From positions 38,564,001 to 38,628,000 of the forward strand of contig OZ024749.1 in assembly GCA_964016885.1 (NCBI GenBank): a stretch of 64,000 nt of DNA, in the 5' to 3' direction. The DNA is from Eledone cirrhosa (taxonomy: Eukaryota). The notes beneath the pieces were generated by a model. It was given only the letters and a program-made list of their open reading frames with translations. It made no database searches and was not told where the DNA came from. How positions within the stretch are numbered: position 1 is the stretch's first letter; each line of letters opens with the position of its first letter. This document shows positions 27,886 through 41,100 of this stretch, in pieces. The position numbers and the translations under genes were made by a program.

Positions 27886-28110
27886 GGCGGTGGATTGGCA
27901 GTATCGGTAGAGGGTCGGACGCCATGCTTTGCAGCATAGAGTTACGGCACTTTATGATCTGAGCTCAAATCCCGCCGAGGTTAACTTTGCCTTTCATCCT
28001 TATGGGGTCGATAAAATAAAGTACCAGTCACGCACTGGGGTCGATTTAATCGACTTTCCCCCTCCCCCCCCCCAAATTACTGGCCTTGTGCCTATATAAG
28101 AAACCATTAT
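27886..28110 (+). mobile_element. Family 1 SINE, long form
   Basis: Full head and core plus an extra ggggtcgatttaatcgac segment. Confidence 0.85.
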
Positions 28111-29132
28111 TATGTTATTGGAATCCGGACTTCGCGTGGTTTTCGTTGAAGTATTTAACTCCGTTCCTCTACTATCCATGAGATATAACATTTATGACTG
28201 AGTGCTGCCTCACTTATTACACCATGGTATGCTGATCTGGATAACTGGAATGCAAACCCAGTACTTATATCATGGTTTGACTTCGCGAACGAAGATTATA
28301 TATATCTATATATATAAACAGGAGGAGTGCTAGGCTTTGATAAGTACCAACAGTACGAAACACAGCTCTGTCAGCTTATCTTCCCTTGTTTGCTGAAAAT
28401 AGAAGTAAGTGACATAGTCACGACTTTAAGACAATACCGCAAGGGCTTCAAAATGCTTTTAATTAAGCATACAGTGTATTGCAAAATACACTATATATAC
28501 ATTCATATATTTTTTTTATATATATATTTATCTCTTTATATCCCCCCCCCCCTCTCTATCGCTCCCTCTCTATCCATCCCTCCCACTATGATCAATTTAA
28601 TTCTCTTTAACTCACTACATTCCACGACATGAAGTCTGCTATCAAAACTGACCAAGGAATCCTTCCACCTCTACCCCTCCCTCCATCTCAGTTTGTCATT
28701 CTACTTCCTACCTCTTCCCCCTTCCTCTCTCTCTATACTATTCCGTCTGTCCCCTCACCTCCTGATTCCTCTCTCTCTCTCTATACTAGTAAATACAATT
28801 CCAAATAAATGGTTTTCTCTATATATTAAGAATTATTTCAAGAGTAACTTACTATTTTGAAAATTTGGACTGTGAACAACAATTATAATTGAGTGGCTGC
28901 TATTTGCAGTATAGAAATATAAGGTTGCACTTACCAATGAAACGGTCGTAAATACCTGGATAAAATCCTTCTCTTAATGCTTACCTGTGTTTTCTATTTT
29001 ATACTTTATACTCAAAGATTGAACGGAATTCTTACAAATTTGTGGAGTTACCCCTAACCGTACTTTGAAACCATCCATGAAACTGGCTTTCTTAACCAAA
29101 AACTGGATCACAATAAGCAATTTTTTGCTTCT

Positions 29133-29229
<97 letters not shown>

Positions 29230-29372
29230 TGTGTTTATCCCGAGTTCAATCGGGTGTAACCACAGTAAGTAAAGTACTCAATACATAGCAGAGTATAAAT
29301 ATTTAATATAGAAATGGCTCCTACAGGGATGATTTCTTCCGAGGAAACAGTTCTAGTCCTGTAGAAGCCATT

Positions 29373-29405
<33 letters not shown>

Positions 29406-29407
29406 AT

Positions 29408-29603
29408 AACGAAGGAAATGTGGTAAGGAACCAGATGGACCATAACGCACCAAAGTACTCAATACTTAGGGTAGTAGAGTGGGTAATAGGAACAAGTAGG
29501 ACCCCGACGGCTGAGCTCAAGCCGTTTCGACGGCTAATTCTGGACTGAGTCCAGAATTACCCGTCGAAATGGCTTGAGCTGAGCCGTCGGGGTCCTACTT
29601 GTT

Positions 29604-29605
<2 letters not shown>
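29408..29605 (-). mobile_element. Family P1 mini-element
   Basis: Tail plus palindrome centred on ggactgagtcc. Confidence 0.8.
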
Positions 29606-29664
<59 letters not shown>

Positions 29665-29667
<3 letters not shown>

Positions 29668-30098
29668 AAAGTTCTATTTAACAAGTAAATATTTTTATAA
29701 CTGATATAAAGCACTCGACAAATATTTGGAGTAGATATACGATATTAATAAATGGAAACTATATTTATAAAACCATATTTATTTCATTATACATATTTCA
29801 GGGATACCAAATTAAATTATGGTATGCCTTCATCAGACAAAATACAATATATAACAGTTTTACAAATAAGCTTTGACGTACCCTATTAAAATACAACCAT
29901 TGTTTTGGGAAGTCATCCGGATGACTTCCAAAAACAATGGTTGCATTTTAATAGGGTACGTCAAAGCTTATTTGTAAAACTGTTATATATTGTATTTTGT
30001 CTGATGAAGGCATACCATAATTTAATTTGGTATCCCTGAAATATGTATAATGAAATAAATATGGTTTTATAAATATAGTTTCCATTTATTAATATCGT
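29665..30098 (-). mobile_element. Family P3 palindromic element with tail
   Basis: Near-perfect arms of about 180 bp centred on tcatccggatga (about 29918); partial copy follows at 30124-30246. Confidence 0.85.
29993..30057 (+). ncRNA. Type I hammerhead ribozyme (mirror on minus strand at about 29780-29845)
   Basis: tattttgt-CTGATGA-aggcatacca..tggtatccct-GAAA-tatgtat-A-atgaaata. Confidence 0.72.
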
Positions 30099-30612
30099 AT
30101 ATATATATATATATATATATATAAGCAAAAGGGATATTTAATTTGTTGGTAATTCAACAAATATAAATGTTTATAACTGATTCGAAGCACTCGACAGACT
30201 TCTGGAGTATAATGATATTATATAAATGGAAACTATATTTATAAAACTGTTTCATCCTTCCATAAAAATATTTCATATGTATATGGGTTTGTAGAAATGT
30301 GAGGAGCTCAAACACAGAAATAACTATAACACAGCTTGTTGCTATGAATAGCTATAGCATAGAAATTTGGGTAAAATTCCTTGGAGACCGAGAAGACTGG
30401 TCAATAACCGACAATAAACTAAAAGCCTTCTAGAAACGACAGCGAATGGCTGTTTGAGAAGGCGAGGGAGAAGCTAAGAAGGAGATAGAGAGAGAAGCAG
30501 ACAGATATAGATAATGTGTCGTTACCTCATCAGCTTCCAGCAATCCGAACGGCCTCCTGTGGTGTCCGAAGGATGAAACATTACTATAAACAGCGTGAAA
30601 GGTTAAAAGAAG

Positions 30613-30720
<108 letters not shown>

Positions 30721-30758
30721 GTGTGCGTGCGTGTGTGTGTGTGTGTGTGCGTGCGTGC

Positions 30759-30808
<50 letters not shown>

Positions 30809-30862
30809 GTGTGTGTGTGTGTGCGTGCGTGCGTGTGTGTGTGTGGGGGGGGTGCGTGTATG

Positions 30863-30919
<57 letters not shown>

Positions 30920-31060
30920 GTGTGTGTGCGTGTGTGTGTGTGTGTGTGCGTGTGTGTGTGTATGTGTGTGAACAAAGAAAACCTACGGGAGAAGGATATG
31001 ATATATAGAATGATATATATATATATATATATATCATTCTATATATCATATCGCTCTCCC

Positions 31061-31095
<35 letters not shown>

Positions 31096-31333
31096 TAGGT
31101 AAATATACACGGGTGTGTATGATTGTGTATAGAAGATTATATTAATAAGAGGAATTCCAACTTTGTCTGATTTACTCGTTTTATTTACAATCCTTTAAAA
31201 TATATATAATGGTATTATAATGAAATCGTATGATAGAATATTACATTCTAAGTGTTAATTGAACAAGTACTTTCATGCTTTCGCAATCTTCAGGTTCATG
31301 ATATGTGGTGACAGTCGAGTTTGCAATTTTCAA

Positions 31334-31374
<41 letters not shown>

Positions 31375-31377
<3 letters not shown>

Positions 31378-31520
31378 GGAGGGTTATATCCGTAGTAGTA
31401 GAGCACTTAATCCATGGGACGAGTTTGGCAGAAGTAGTTCCACAACAGTTAGTTCACCATACCGAGAACAATTGTTTCACCTCAAGCTCGAGCTTAACTA
31501 ACTGTTGTGGAACTACTCTG
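31375..31520 (-). mobile_element. Deleted copy of family P6 (see 42111-42430)
   Basis: Shared tail tatccgtagt..agagcact..gggacgag and arm acaacagttagttcaccataccgagaacaattgtttcacc. Confidence 0.65.
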
Positions 31521-31860
31521 TTGAGAAATGACTTCCTTGTTCAATCATCTTACCAGAAGCCTAACATTATTTGTCTAAGCGGACAGTACTTGATTTAGGA
31601 GTCGCAGAAACCCAAATGCTGGATTTTACCAACCATCCAGGGGTCCGGGTAAATTTTTTCAATCACATATTTTTTTATTTGTTTGACCCGAATTACTTGG
31701 TCGTTTCTTTGACTGTGCGGATGACGATTTAACCATCGTCTCAGTGTGTTTGGCCTTTAACGTATGTTGTAGCTCTGGTTCGTCAGAATTATTGAGCGCT
31801 TGCCACACATCTCGGAAGTTGTTTTTCGCTAATTCCAAAGCCGAAATACGATTCTCGCTA

Positions 31861-31908
<48 letters not shown>

Positions 31909-32522
31909 CCAGGTCTGGTTATCATTTATTTTTTATCATTTATTCTGTTTTGACCTGTTTAGCTTGATTTGGTTTTTTGGTTTGGGTGGTTAATGCCTTC
32001 TTGACCACTTTTCCAGTTTTGTATGGCTTCTTAACACATTGTTTAGATCTGGTTTTTAACTATTGAGCACTTTGCCAGTGTCATTTCTGATTTTTACATT
32101 TCGTTTCACCTTTCCTGCCCGCCGAAATGCGATTCTCGATGAATCTTTATTTGTATATATATATATGTATAAGTTTAACGCTTGATACAGTGGAAAAAGA
32201 ATCTCAACGTTTTCGACGTTGATCCATCATTGGAAGATACAAGAATATATAAAAAGATAGATGAGAGTAAGAAAAGAAAGAAAACAGGAAAATCCTTTTA
32301 TTTTCAGGAGGAAAACACATATAGTTAATTAGCCACACATATACACCTCATATTATAATATATATATATATATGTGATGCCATTGTCATTATTCTCCTCC
32401 TTATCGTCATCACTACTGAGTGACTAAACACTAAGACTTAGAGAACAAAACGTTTCGTTATGAATTCATCTCAAACCTCGCTATTTCTCTTTCTTTTATT
32501 CTTTTCCTTTTCCTCATTATTA

Positions 32523-32554
<32 letters not shown>

Positions 32555-32566
32555 GTTATTGTTATT

Positions 32567-35500
32567 CCTTGAATCTCAGTCATTGATGTTGGTTAACTGG
32601 AAAGTCCGTTGGATTGAATATCAAGCCACTACCTGCAGCCTCAGATATTCAGGACGTATCGGAGGGTTCTTGCCGTTCCAAGCAAGCATGCCTTTTGAAG
32701 CGTTCCAAAAAGCGTGAAGGGGCCGATTTTCTTTAACCATCCCTGGAAACCTTTGGAGATAGTCCCCAGTGCGCCTATGACAATCGGGATCACTTTGACT
32801 TCATGGCAGTTCCAAATCCTTTTCACCTCCCACTTTAGGTCCTGGTATCGGTTAATTTTCTCCCTCTCCTTCTCTTGCACTCTCGTGTCGAACGGGCAGG
32901 CCACATCCACAATCAGGCACGATCTTTTTTCTTTGTCCACAACCACCAGGTCAGGTCTATTGTGTTCCAGTTTTTTGTCCGTCTGTATCCTAAAATCCCA
33001 CAGCACCTTCACCTGACTGTTCTCCATCACCGCCTCTGGCCTATGCTCATACCATTTCTCAGAATGTGGTAGATTGTTTACTTTGCACAGGTGCCAGTGG
33101 ATCACCCTGCCCATCACATCGTGTCTCCAGCCCTTATAGTGGGTCTGGGCTAGGTGTTTACACTCGGACACAATGTGAGCCACAGTCTCCTCTCTCTCTC
33201 CACAGATCCTGCACAGTGGGCTAGCCTCCTCCTTGTAGATATGGTGCTTCAACCACTTCGTTTTGAGGGCCTGCTCCTGCGCAGCCATTAGCATTCCTTC
33301 TGTAGCCTTTTTGAGGTCTCCTCTTCTCAACCAGTTCCATGTCTGTGGATCTCTAAATTCAGTTTTCTCAAAGAAGGTACTATGAAGGGGTTTTCCCTTA
33401 AGGCTGCTCTTCCTCCTTGATGTTATTTCCTCCTTGGGTATCCCCTGGCCTACTCTCCCCTCCTTCAGTACAGCTCTGAGCATTGGCTCCTTACTATAGG
33501 TCACGTATTTGTATAGGTTGTTTTTCTCCATCTGAACACAGTCCTCTATGCTGATAAGACCTCTTCCACCCTCAGATCTCCTTAGGTAGAGTCTATCGAC
33601 ATCACTCCTCTTGTGGAACATGTTGTAGATAGTCAATAGCTTCCTAGTCTTCCTATCCATTTCTTTTTGTTCAGCAACATTCCATCTCAGAATTCCCGCA
33701 CTGTACCTAATAATAGACACAGCTCGGGAATTTACTGCGCTTATGGCATTTCTGCTGTTCAGATGTGACTTCAATACGCTCCTTACTCTCCGAATGTATT
33801 CAGTTCTTAACAATTCCTTCATTTTTTTGTTCTTTATGCCATCAGCCTCCAGAACGCCCAAATACTTGTATCCTTCCTCAGAGTCAATTTCCTTTATCAT
33901 CTCACCTGTTGGTATCTGGATCCCGTTACTTCTGCTCAACCTACCCCTCCTCATCACAATGACTCCACATTTACCAATACCAAACTGCATACATATATCA
34001 CTGCTGAAAATACGGACAGTGTCAACAAGCACATCCAACTCCTTCTCACTTTTCCCGAAGAGCTTAAGATCGTCCATGAAGAGGAGGTGATTGATGGTAA
34101 GCTCTCCCCTTCCCAACTTGTATCCTGCTCTCACTTTTCGCAGCATAATGGTCAAGGGCATCAGGGCAAGGACAAACAACAGAGGGGACAGGCTATCTCC
34201 CTGGAAGATACCTCTCTTGATCTTCACGCTTCCCAAGGATACTCCAGTTGATGTCAACTCTGTCTCCCAGGACCCCATACTCCTGCCCAGCAACTCTCTG
34301 ATGTTATCTGCCACCCTGAAGATCTCCAGGCTTTTGGTGATCCAGGAATGAGGCACCATGTCAAATGCCTTTCTGTAGTCTATCCATCCCATGGCAAGAT
34401 CAGTGTGTCTCCTCCTGCAATTCCCCATTACCATCTTATCAATAAGCAACTGGTCCTTTGTACCACGTGACTTCTTTCGGCATCCTTTCTGTTCGTCCGG
34501 CAACAAGTTGTTTGTGTGGAGGTGATGGTAGATTTCCTCAGACACAATGCTCGTCAACAGTTTCCACATTACGGGCAGACATGTGATAGGTCTATAGTTG
34601 GTAACATCATTACCCTTGATTCGGTCTTTCATTATCAGAACTGTGGTACCTTTTGTCAACCACTCTGGCACCTCACCCGACACCAAGCAGTCATTGAACA
34701 TGGCCGTCAGCTTCGGGTGGAGGGATGTTAAATGTTTAATCCAATACCCCTGCACACCATCTGGGCCTGGTGATTTCCAGTTGGTTAGTTTTTTGGCTTG
34801 CCCCTTAAGAGTTTCAACTGTGATACTCAAATCAGTCTGTTGCTGTGCCTGCTCACCGATCTCCCTCTGTACTGTCTCAATCCACCCTGCCTGGGCATTG
34901 TGTCTAACATCCTGCTCCCATATTCCTCTCCAGAATGTTTTAGCTTGTTCCGCCCCAGGGATCAAGTCGGTGCCTCTTTCTTTCCCCTCAAGCTGTCCAA
35001 ACAGCATCTTCTGGTTGTTGTCGAACATGCGGTTCTGTTTATACTGACTGACTCTGTTCTCGTATCGCCTGATTTTGGCACTCTTTGCTACAATGCGTTG
35101 CTTCAATTCCTCTATGATAATATTTAGCTTTTTACTCCTAGTTTTGTATTTTATTTCCAGTCTATTTTTAGTGCCTATGTTTTTTAGTGTCCCATTCAGT
35201 AGTGACTCAAGCTTTCCTATGTCATTTCTCATTTCCCCGATTTGCCCACTCAGTCGCTTCTTCCACCACGGCTCTGCTCTTTCTTGTCTGTTGTTTCCTC
35301 TCGCTTTTATACCAAGTAGTTTCCTCACCGTATTTGCTGTTGCTTTGAGGATATTGTTGCACTGGTGAAGACTCCTCGCCTCAAGGTATGGGATGACTTT
35401 GTTTACCTTAGCTGTTGTTTCTTTTAACTTTTTCCTGTCTACAAATCTTAGGTTCATAGGTCTCCCACTATCATTGTTCAACTCATCTACCACTAAATTT

Positions 35501-37021
35501 AGGATGTCAACCGAATCTTGTCCTAGCCCGTCAGCATTCATCTCCTCAGTGGCCGTATCTCTGTTCCAGGTATTATTTATCTCAGTATTCAGATCATTGT
35601 CTGCTTCGGGTGGTTCCTCCGCTCTCAGGACCTCCTCACCTTCATTTCCCGCCGGCTCGCTTGTCTGGCATACTACACCCGCCATCTCCAAGCCATTCTC
35701 TCTGCTCAGTTCCTCCAGTTCCAGCTCGCTTATCCACCCATTAGTTCTTATTACCCGAGCCTGCCCGGCCAATTTTTGTTCATCTAATTTAAATAAACCA
35801 ATCTCGTTCCAGATGTTATGCATCCGTCTCCTGTAGCCCCTCTCCTTGGGGTTACTTTTCAGGTAGCATTGCATAACAGTTCTATTCAATTCTTTCGTCC
35901 AGTTGGTTCTGGCCCCTTTCCTTCTTCTTCTTCCTCCAACATCAGCAGTATTTCGTTGACAGTCAGGTTCCTGCTGCTGAGCCAGGGGGCACCTGTTGGG
36001 TGAGAGTCTGTCACATGACGTTCTAGTCTCCATTTCACCGTTATTCGAACTGTTTATGTTCGATATTTAAACACTCTTATCGAGGATTGGCGAATGTATG
36101 TTTACATAGCCATCTGTGGATCCGCCATCCCACTTGGCCCTTGTGTGGCATTATCACCACGCTGTATACGGACACACATAAACAAACAAACACACGGGCA
36201 GAAAGGGCCCCAAAAATGAATAAGCATAAGTTTCATTGTAATGTAGTATTCGAATGTCTGACTTAGTTTTTGTTTTTTAAGTTTTACTTTTTCCCCCCTC
36301 TTCTCTGTCCGTCCGCCTGCCTCTCTCTTCATTCTTATTTTCTTTACGTTTTGGGGGTTTCTTTTTTTGTTTTTGTTTTTCTCTGTTTTTCTCGTTTTTT
36401 ACTGTTGTTGCTGTGCTGCTTTTGTTGTTTATTTTTTCTTTTTTCTTTTGAGTCTATCTATATATTTTGATGCCTTCCTCTTTTTTAGCAGTAGGGATTC
36501 TATAATGTGGTGGCAGCAGCCAGCTAAAAGAAGAAGTGGGAGACTGGCGGCGGTAGCGATACTGAGACAGTGGTGGTGGTGATGTCGATACCGAGACAGT
36601 GGTGGCGGTGATGTGACCGTATTACTGTAGCGATGGTGCTGTAGCGGTGGCAGCAGTGAAGGAGTGAAGGGGTGGTGGCGGCGGTGATGGGATAATGGTT
36701 GTAATGATGGCCGTAGTGATCGGTGGTGGTTTAGTGTACACAGGTGATAGGGTGGGTGGTGTATCTAGTTTCTGGTGTTGGTGAGTTTGGCTGTTCTATA
36801 TAGTGTATACAGAGGAGGAGGGGGGGGGGGTTCTTCTTCCATTTATAGCCATTTTCTTTTTTGGATATACAGTGTACAATACAAAGTTGAATATTTGAAT
36901 ATTTGAGCCTTATAACAATATATTTTGGGTCCGAATTTTTTGGGGCTCAAGCCGGGTGCTTTACGTAGCATTTGTACTAAGAGTTGTTATTTCACAAATG
37001 GTTTAAATATGTTAAAAATTC
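32567..37021 (-). mobile_element. R4/Dong-clade non-LTR retrotransposon, probably full length, in (TAA)n
   Basis: Single intact ORF; 74-nt 3' UTR abutting (TTA)n at 32516-32566; second (TTA)n tract from 37022 taken as the 5' flank, so the 5' boundary is uncertain. Confidence 0.75.
32641..36033 (-). CDS. Reverse transcriptase plus restriction-like endonuclease polyprotein (1130 aa)
   Basis: RT motifs NYRPITCL, EQKGC, IDYRKAFDMVPH, GIFQGDSLSPLLF, FMDD, YKYLG; CCHC knuckle CRICGEREETVAHIVSEC; RHD; RPDLVVVD..IVDVACP..KINRY; N-terminal Myb-like WTKELN..YRRRMHNIW. Confidence 0.96.
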   Translation of the reverse strand: METRTSCDRLSPNRCPLAQQQEPDCQRNTADVGGRRRRKGARTNWTKELNRTVMQCYLKSNPKERGYRRRMHNIWNEIGLFKLDEQKLAGQARVIRTNGWISELELEELSRENGLEMAGVVCQTSEPAGNEGEEVLRAEEPPEADNDLNTEINNTWNRDTATEEMNADGLGQDSVDILNLVVDELNNDSGRPMNLRFVDRKKLKETTAKVNKVIPYLEARSLHQCNNILKATANTVRKLLGIKARGNNRQERAEPWWKKRLSGQIGEMRNDIGKLESLLNGTLKNIGTKNRLEIKYKTRSKKLNIIIEELKQRIVAKSAKIRRYENRVSQYKQNRMFDNNQKMLFGQLEGKERGTDLIPGAEQAKTFWRGIWEQDVRHNAQAGWIETVQREIGEQAQQQTDLSITVETLKGQAKKLTNWKSPGPDGVQGYWIKHLTSLHPKLTAMFNDCLVSGEVPEWLTKGTTVLIMKDRIKGNDVTNYRPITCLPVMWKLLTSIVSEEIYHHLHTNNLLPDEQKGCRKKSRGTKDQLLIDKMVMGNCRRRHTDLAMGWIDYRKAFDMVPHSWITKSLEIFRVADNIRELLGRSMGSWETELTSTGVSLGSVKIKRGIFQGDSLSPLLFVLALMPLTIMLRKVRAGYKLGRGELTINHLLFMDDLKLFGKSEKELDVLVDTVRIFSSDICMQFGIGKCGVIVMRRGRLSRSNGIQIPTGEMIKEIDSEEGYKYLGVLEADGIKNKKMKELLRTEYIRRVRSVLKSHLNSRNAISAVNSRAVSIIRYSAGILRWNVAEQKEMDRKTRKLLTIYNMFHKRSDVDRLYLRRSEGGRGLISIEDCVQMEKNNLYKYVTYSKEPMLRAVLKEGRVGQGIPKEEITSRRKSSLKGKPLHSTFFEKTEFRDPQTWNWLRRGDLKKATEGMLMAAQEQALKTKWLKHHIYKEEASPLCRICGEREETVAHIVSECKHLAQTHYKGWRHDVMGRVIHWHLCKVNNLPHSEKWYEHRPEAVMENSQVKVLWDFRIQTDKKLEHNRPDLVVVDKEKRSCLIVDVACPFDTRVQEKEREKINRYQDLKWEVKRIWNCHEVKVIPIVIGALGTISKGFQGWLKKIGPFTLFGTLQKACLLGTARTLRYVLNI

Positions 37022-37071
<50 letters not shown>

Positions 37072-37537
37072 GTTGTTGTTATTATTATTATTATTATTAT
37101 TGTTGTTGTTGTTGTTACTACTACTACTACTGTTGCTGCTACTATTAGTATTATTACTTTCATTACTATTATTATGTATTTATTTATTTAACATTCACTT
37201 TAACTAAATCATATATTTTAAAATAACAAAGAGGCAATATTTTATTCTGTTAGAAACGTAGAGCTGATATTCTGCCGTTGAGAAACTATAGGAAACTATT
37301 AGATTAACTCTCAAAACACCATCTGCATGATAATTAACAGTTAGAAAGCTGAAATTTCATTGAAGTTGTCTCCCCTTACTCTCAGACCCTGTGGAGGAAA
37401 AAAATAAAATATAATTAATCACCACCAAATAGGTATATTTTGTTTCATTCTATTTTATTTTTAATATATATGTATATATATACATACATATATACATATA
37501 CGTGTGTGTCGGTGTGTCTATGTATGTATTTGTTTAC

Positions 37538-37597
<60 letters not shown>

Positions 37598-37850
37598 ATA
37601 CATATAGGTGTGTGTGTCTGTGTATGTGTTTGTTTACGTATATATATATATATATATTTCCTTTCTGAATTTGTATATATATACATATATATATATACAT
37701 ATATATATATACATATATATATACATATATATACATATATACATATATATATATGTATAGATATATATGTGTGTGTATATATACATATGTGTATATATAT
37801 ACATATATATATATACATATACATATATATATACATATATATATATGTAC

Positions 37851-37882
<32 letters not shown>

Positions 37883-37944
37883 ATATATATACATAGAGAG
37901 AGAGATATAGATATATATATATATCTACATACATACATATATAT

Positions 37945-38028
<84 letters not shown>

Positions 38029-38235
38029 GCTTTTGTAACATAATTTGATTTTCTTTTCTCTTTCCAAGATTGTAAGCATTAAATATTCTTTCACCATCTT
38101 AACTGTAGATTTTATTATCGCCAGATTACCTGTGAACAGTTTACTATGAGTGATTATTTTAGTTGACATGCGTGAAAGGATTTGTAAGTAGCTAAAAATG
38201 GCGGATTAAAAAAAAATACATATTTTTAGTTTTAT

Positions 38236-38267
<32 letters not shown>

Positions 38268-38345
38268 GTCGTTTTTACCGTGTTTAGTTTGGTTTCACTA
38301 TATTTTAGATTTCAAATCCTGCTCGTCTCACTCTCTCTCTCTCTC

Positions 38346-38411
<66 letters not shown>

Positions 38412-38427
38412 TCTCTCCCCATCTCTT

Positions 38428-38474
<47 letters not shown>

Positions 38475-39679
38475 ATGTCTGCGTCTGTGTGTGTCTGTGA
38501 GTATCTGTGTGTGTCTGTGTGTGTGTATGTATGTCTGTCTTATGCATGTATGTGTGTGTAATATTGTAGTGTATGCCTATATGTGTCTGTTTGTATGTAT
38601 ATATGTAGGTGTGTGTGTGCTTGTTTTGATATACTTTTATAAGTACGTATGCATGTACGTATGCATGTATGTATGTATGCGTGTATGTATGTATATATGT
38701 ATATAGGTGTGTATGTATGTGTGTATGCATGCATATATATATATATGCATGTATGCGTGTATGTATGCGTACATGTATGTATGTGATACTAAACCATTAA
38801 TCTACCACGTGAGTAAATTGTACATTAATCCACACTAACGCCGCTCACACCAACTCCAGAGGAGAACATTTTATGGACATTGCCAATTTGCACTAGCTCT
38901 AGTTATTGGCTCCGTCTCACATATCAGGCTTATAAACATAACTAGAAACGAACAGCGCCGCTTATCGTCAGAGATACAAGAATCCGCTGCAAAGATATAA
39001 CGCCACTGACATAATCACTAAACCTGCCAAGATGTAGCAACCAAATTATTTCTCAATGTGTCCCAAGATCGATAATTAACATCTAATATATTTCAATCGG
39101 TTAAGTTTACCACCATCACCACCACCATCACCACCACCACCACCATCATCACTACGCCCCACCACTTCACCACATTCCGGATCTGCTGTAGAATTAATTA
39201 CCCTGTTTTTCAAAGAAAGGCTCCACTTTGCACAAGTAGCGACCGGAAGTGGTCTTCTGCAGAATTAACATGAAATCCTTTAATCTAACTATCAACAATT
39301 TAGTTAATTCTTTTTTAAACATAATTTTGGCTTTAAAAAAACCCAATAATTTGACATTAATTCTATTGTAAACAATTCTGAAATCAAATTTAATTTTTTT
39401 TTAAAGTGTAATATCTCACTTAGATATTTTGTTTACAGTCACATGACAGTTTCTAATAAACTTGGGTGAGGGGGATATCACTCACATTTTGATTTCTTAT
39501 TTGTTCCTGTTTTTAATGTGAACGTTGAGTTTCTTTTATCAGTTATTTGGGGTGAGGGAGGTGTTGTGTCCACCTGATTGCAACCATTACATCTAAGTGG
39601 ACTCCACTAAAGGCAACAAAGAGCTAGGTGGTGGTGGTGATCGTGATGGTGATGGTAGTGGTAAACCGGGCGACGGGTT

Positions 39680-40090
39680 AGGTCTACAACCCAAGATTAA
39701 GTTAACCACCCAAAGTTAAATCTACCAACCTTGTTTAAGTCAACCACCCAAGATTAACTCTAGCATCCAAGGTTAAATCCATAACCGGAAATGAAGTCTA
39801 CTAGTCAAGGTTACGTTTACTGTTCAAAGTTCCGACATACTAAGATTACCGTATTTCCCAGCGTCGAAGACTCTACTTTCTCCTAAAATAAGTTTCAAAA
39901 ATCTACCATGCGTCCTGGAGGCCGAAGGTTGTTTATTATTCTTTTTCAAATTTTTGGTTGTCAAAATTAGGGTGCGTCCTCGAGGACGAAGCATCTTCGG
40001 CGCCGGGAAATACGGTAAGTCTATTATATGAGATTAAATCTACCACCCAAAATTAAGTGAACCACTACAAGGTTACATCTACCCTACAAG
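39680..40090. repeat. Degenerate tandem repeat of about 22 bp interrupted by a MITE
   Basis: Recurring caagRttaaRtctaccaccc-like units on both sides of 39849-40015. Confidence 0.55.
39849..40015. mobile_element. Pogo/Tc2-like MITE (167 bp)
   Basis: TIRs ccgtatttccc / gggaaatacgg flanked by TA TSD. Confidence 0.85.
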
Positions 40091-40839
40091 ATTTCTGGTA
40101 TGTTCCTCCTACTTCACACAGTACAGCTTCCTTTAAATGCTATTCTCCCTTATTTCTACCTGCCTGTTCATCAGTCCCTATACTGAGTTACTCGCAATGA
40201 CCTTGGGCGTATTGTTCGGCACAACTTGTGTAAAGTTTATACATAACGTTTAAGAAGCAAAAGACTTACAATTTTACTACCAAGTCAGTCTTTTCATTCT
40301 TCGCTAGAAGATTTATCCGTTATATGGAAATCTGACCTTCTATAGTTCATAAGACCGCCTCTAATAAATTGAATAGTCGAAACTCCAAAAATTCACTTTT
40401 CAGAGAAATACGTTTAAAAGTTTCACGTTGAAGTGTTTTTGCCTTCCTCTAATACAGAACTAATACAATTTACTTGTCCATCAACCTGAGGTATAACGTA
40501 TAATTTTAATGCTATACAAATGAAGAATATGAATACTTGAGTAGTTTTAATTAAATTAGGTATGGACATACGACTATTTCAATATTCAGATATGTCAAGT
40601 TAAGTTGTATTTTAGGTTTAATTAGATAAGATAGATATATACAATTATTGCAATATAGAGAAAATGTTGACTAATACGAATTTTAGTCCATAATTTGCTA
40701 CGTCTGGCATATCTATTACCAACTAGTTGTACATATTATGACTATGGGCTTTACGAACTTTTGGCAAAATATCACTAGAACATTTTTTTCTTTTTTTTTT
40801 CGTCTTCTTTTGAAACACCAATTTGCCATTGGTATTGGA

Positions 40840-41100
40840 CTTCCGTCGATTCCGACAACGAATAATTTAGTTATTCAAACAATGAAGTAGTCTGATAGTG
40901 AAATTAATGTGCAGGTGGCTGAGCATTCCACAGACACGTGTAGCTCTGACGTAATTCACAGACCGAGTTAGCATGTGTTCTTGAGCTGAGTGGAATGGAG
41001 CAATGAGAAAGAAAGTGTTTTGGCTCAAGACTATAAAGCACTATTGGGAATCGAACTCACCATCTTGAGCCGAACACCCTAACCATGAAGCCATACGCCT
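40840..41100 (-). mobile_element. tRNA-derived SINE, family 2
   Basis: ggaatcgaactc (reverse B box), aagtgttttggctcaag domain, gtggctgagcattccacagacacgtgt body. Confidence 0.65.

Noticed and set aside
32714-36003. Plus-strand ORFs overlapping the retrotransposon
   Set aside because: Antisense shadows of the RT ORF.
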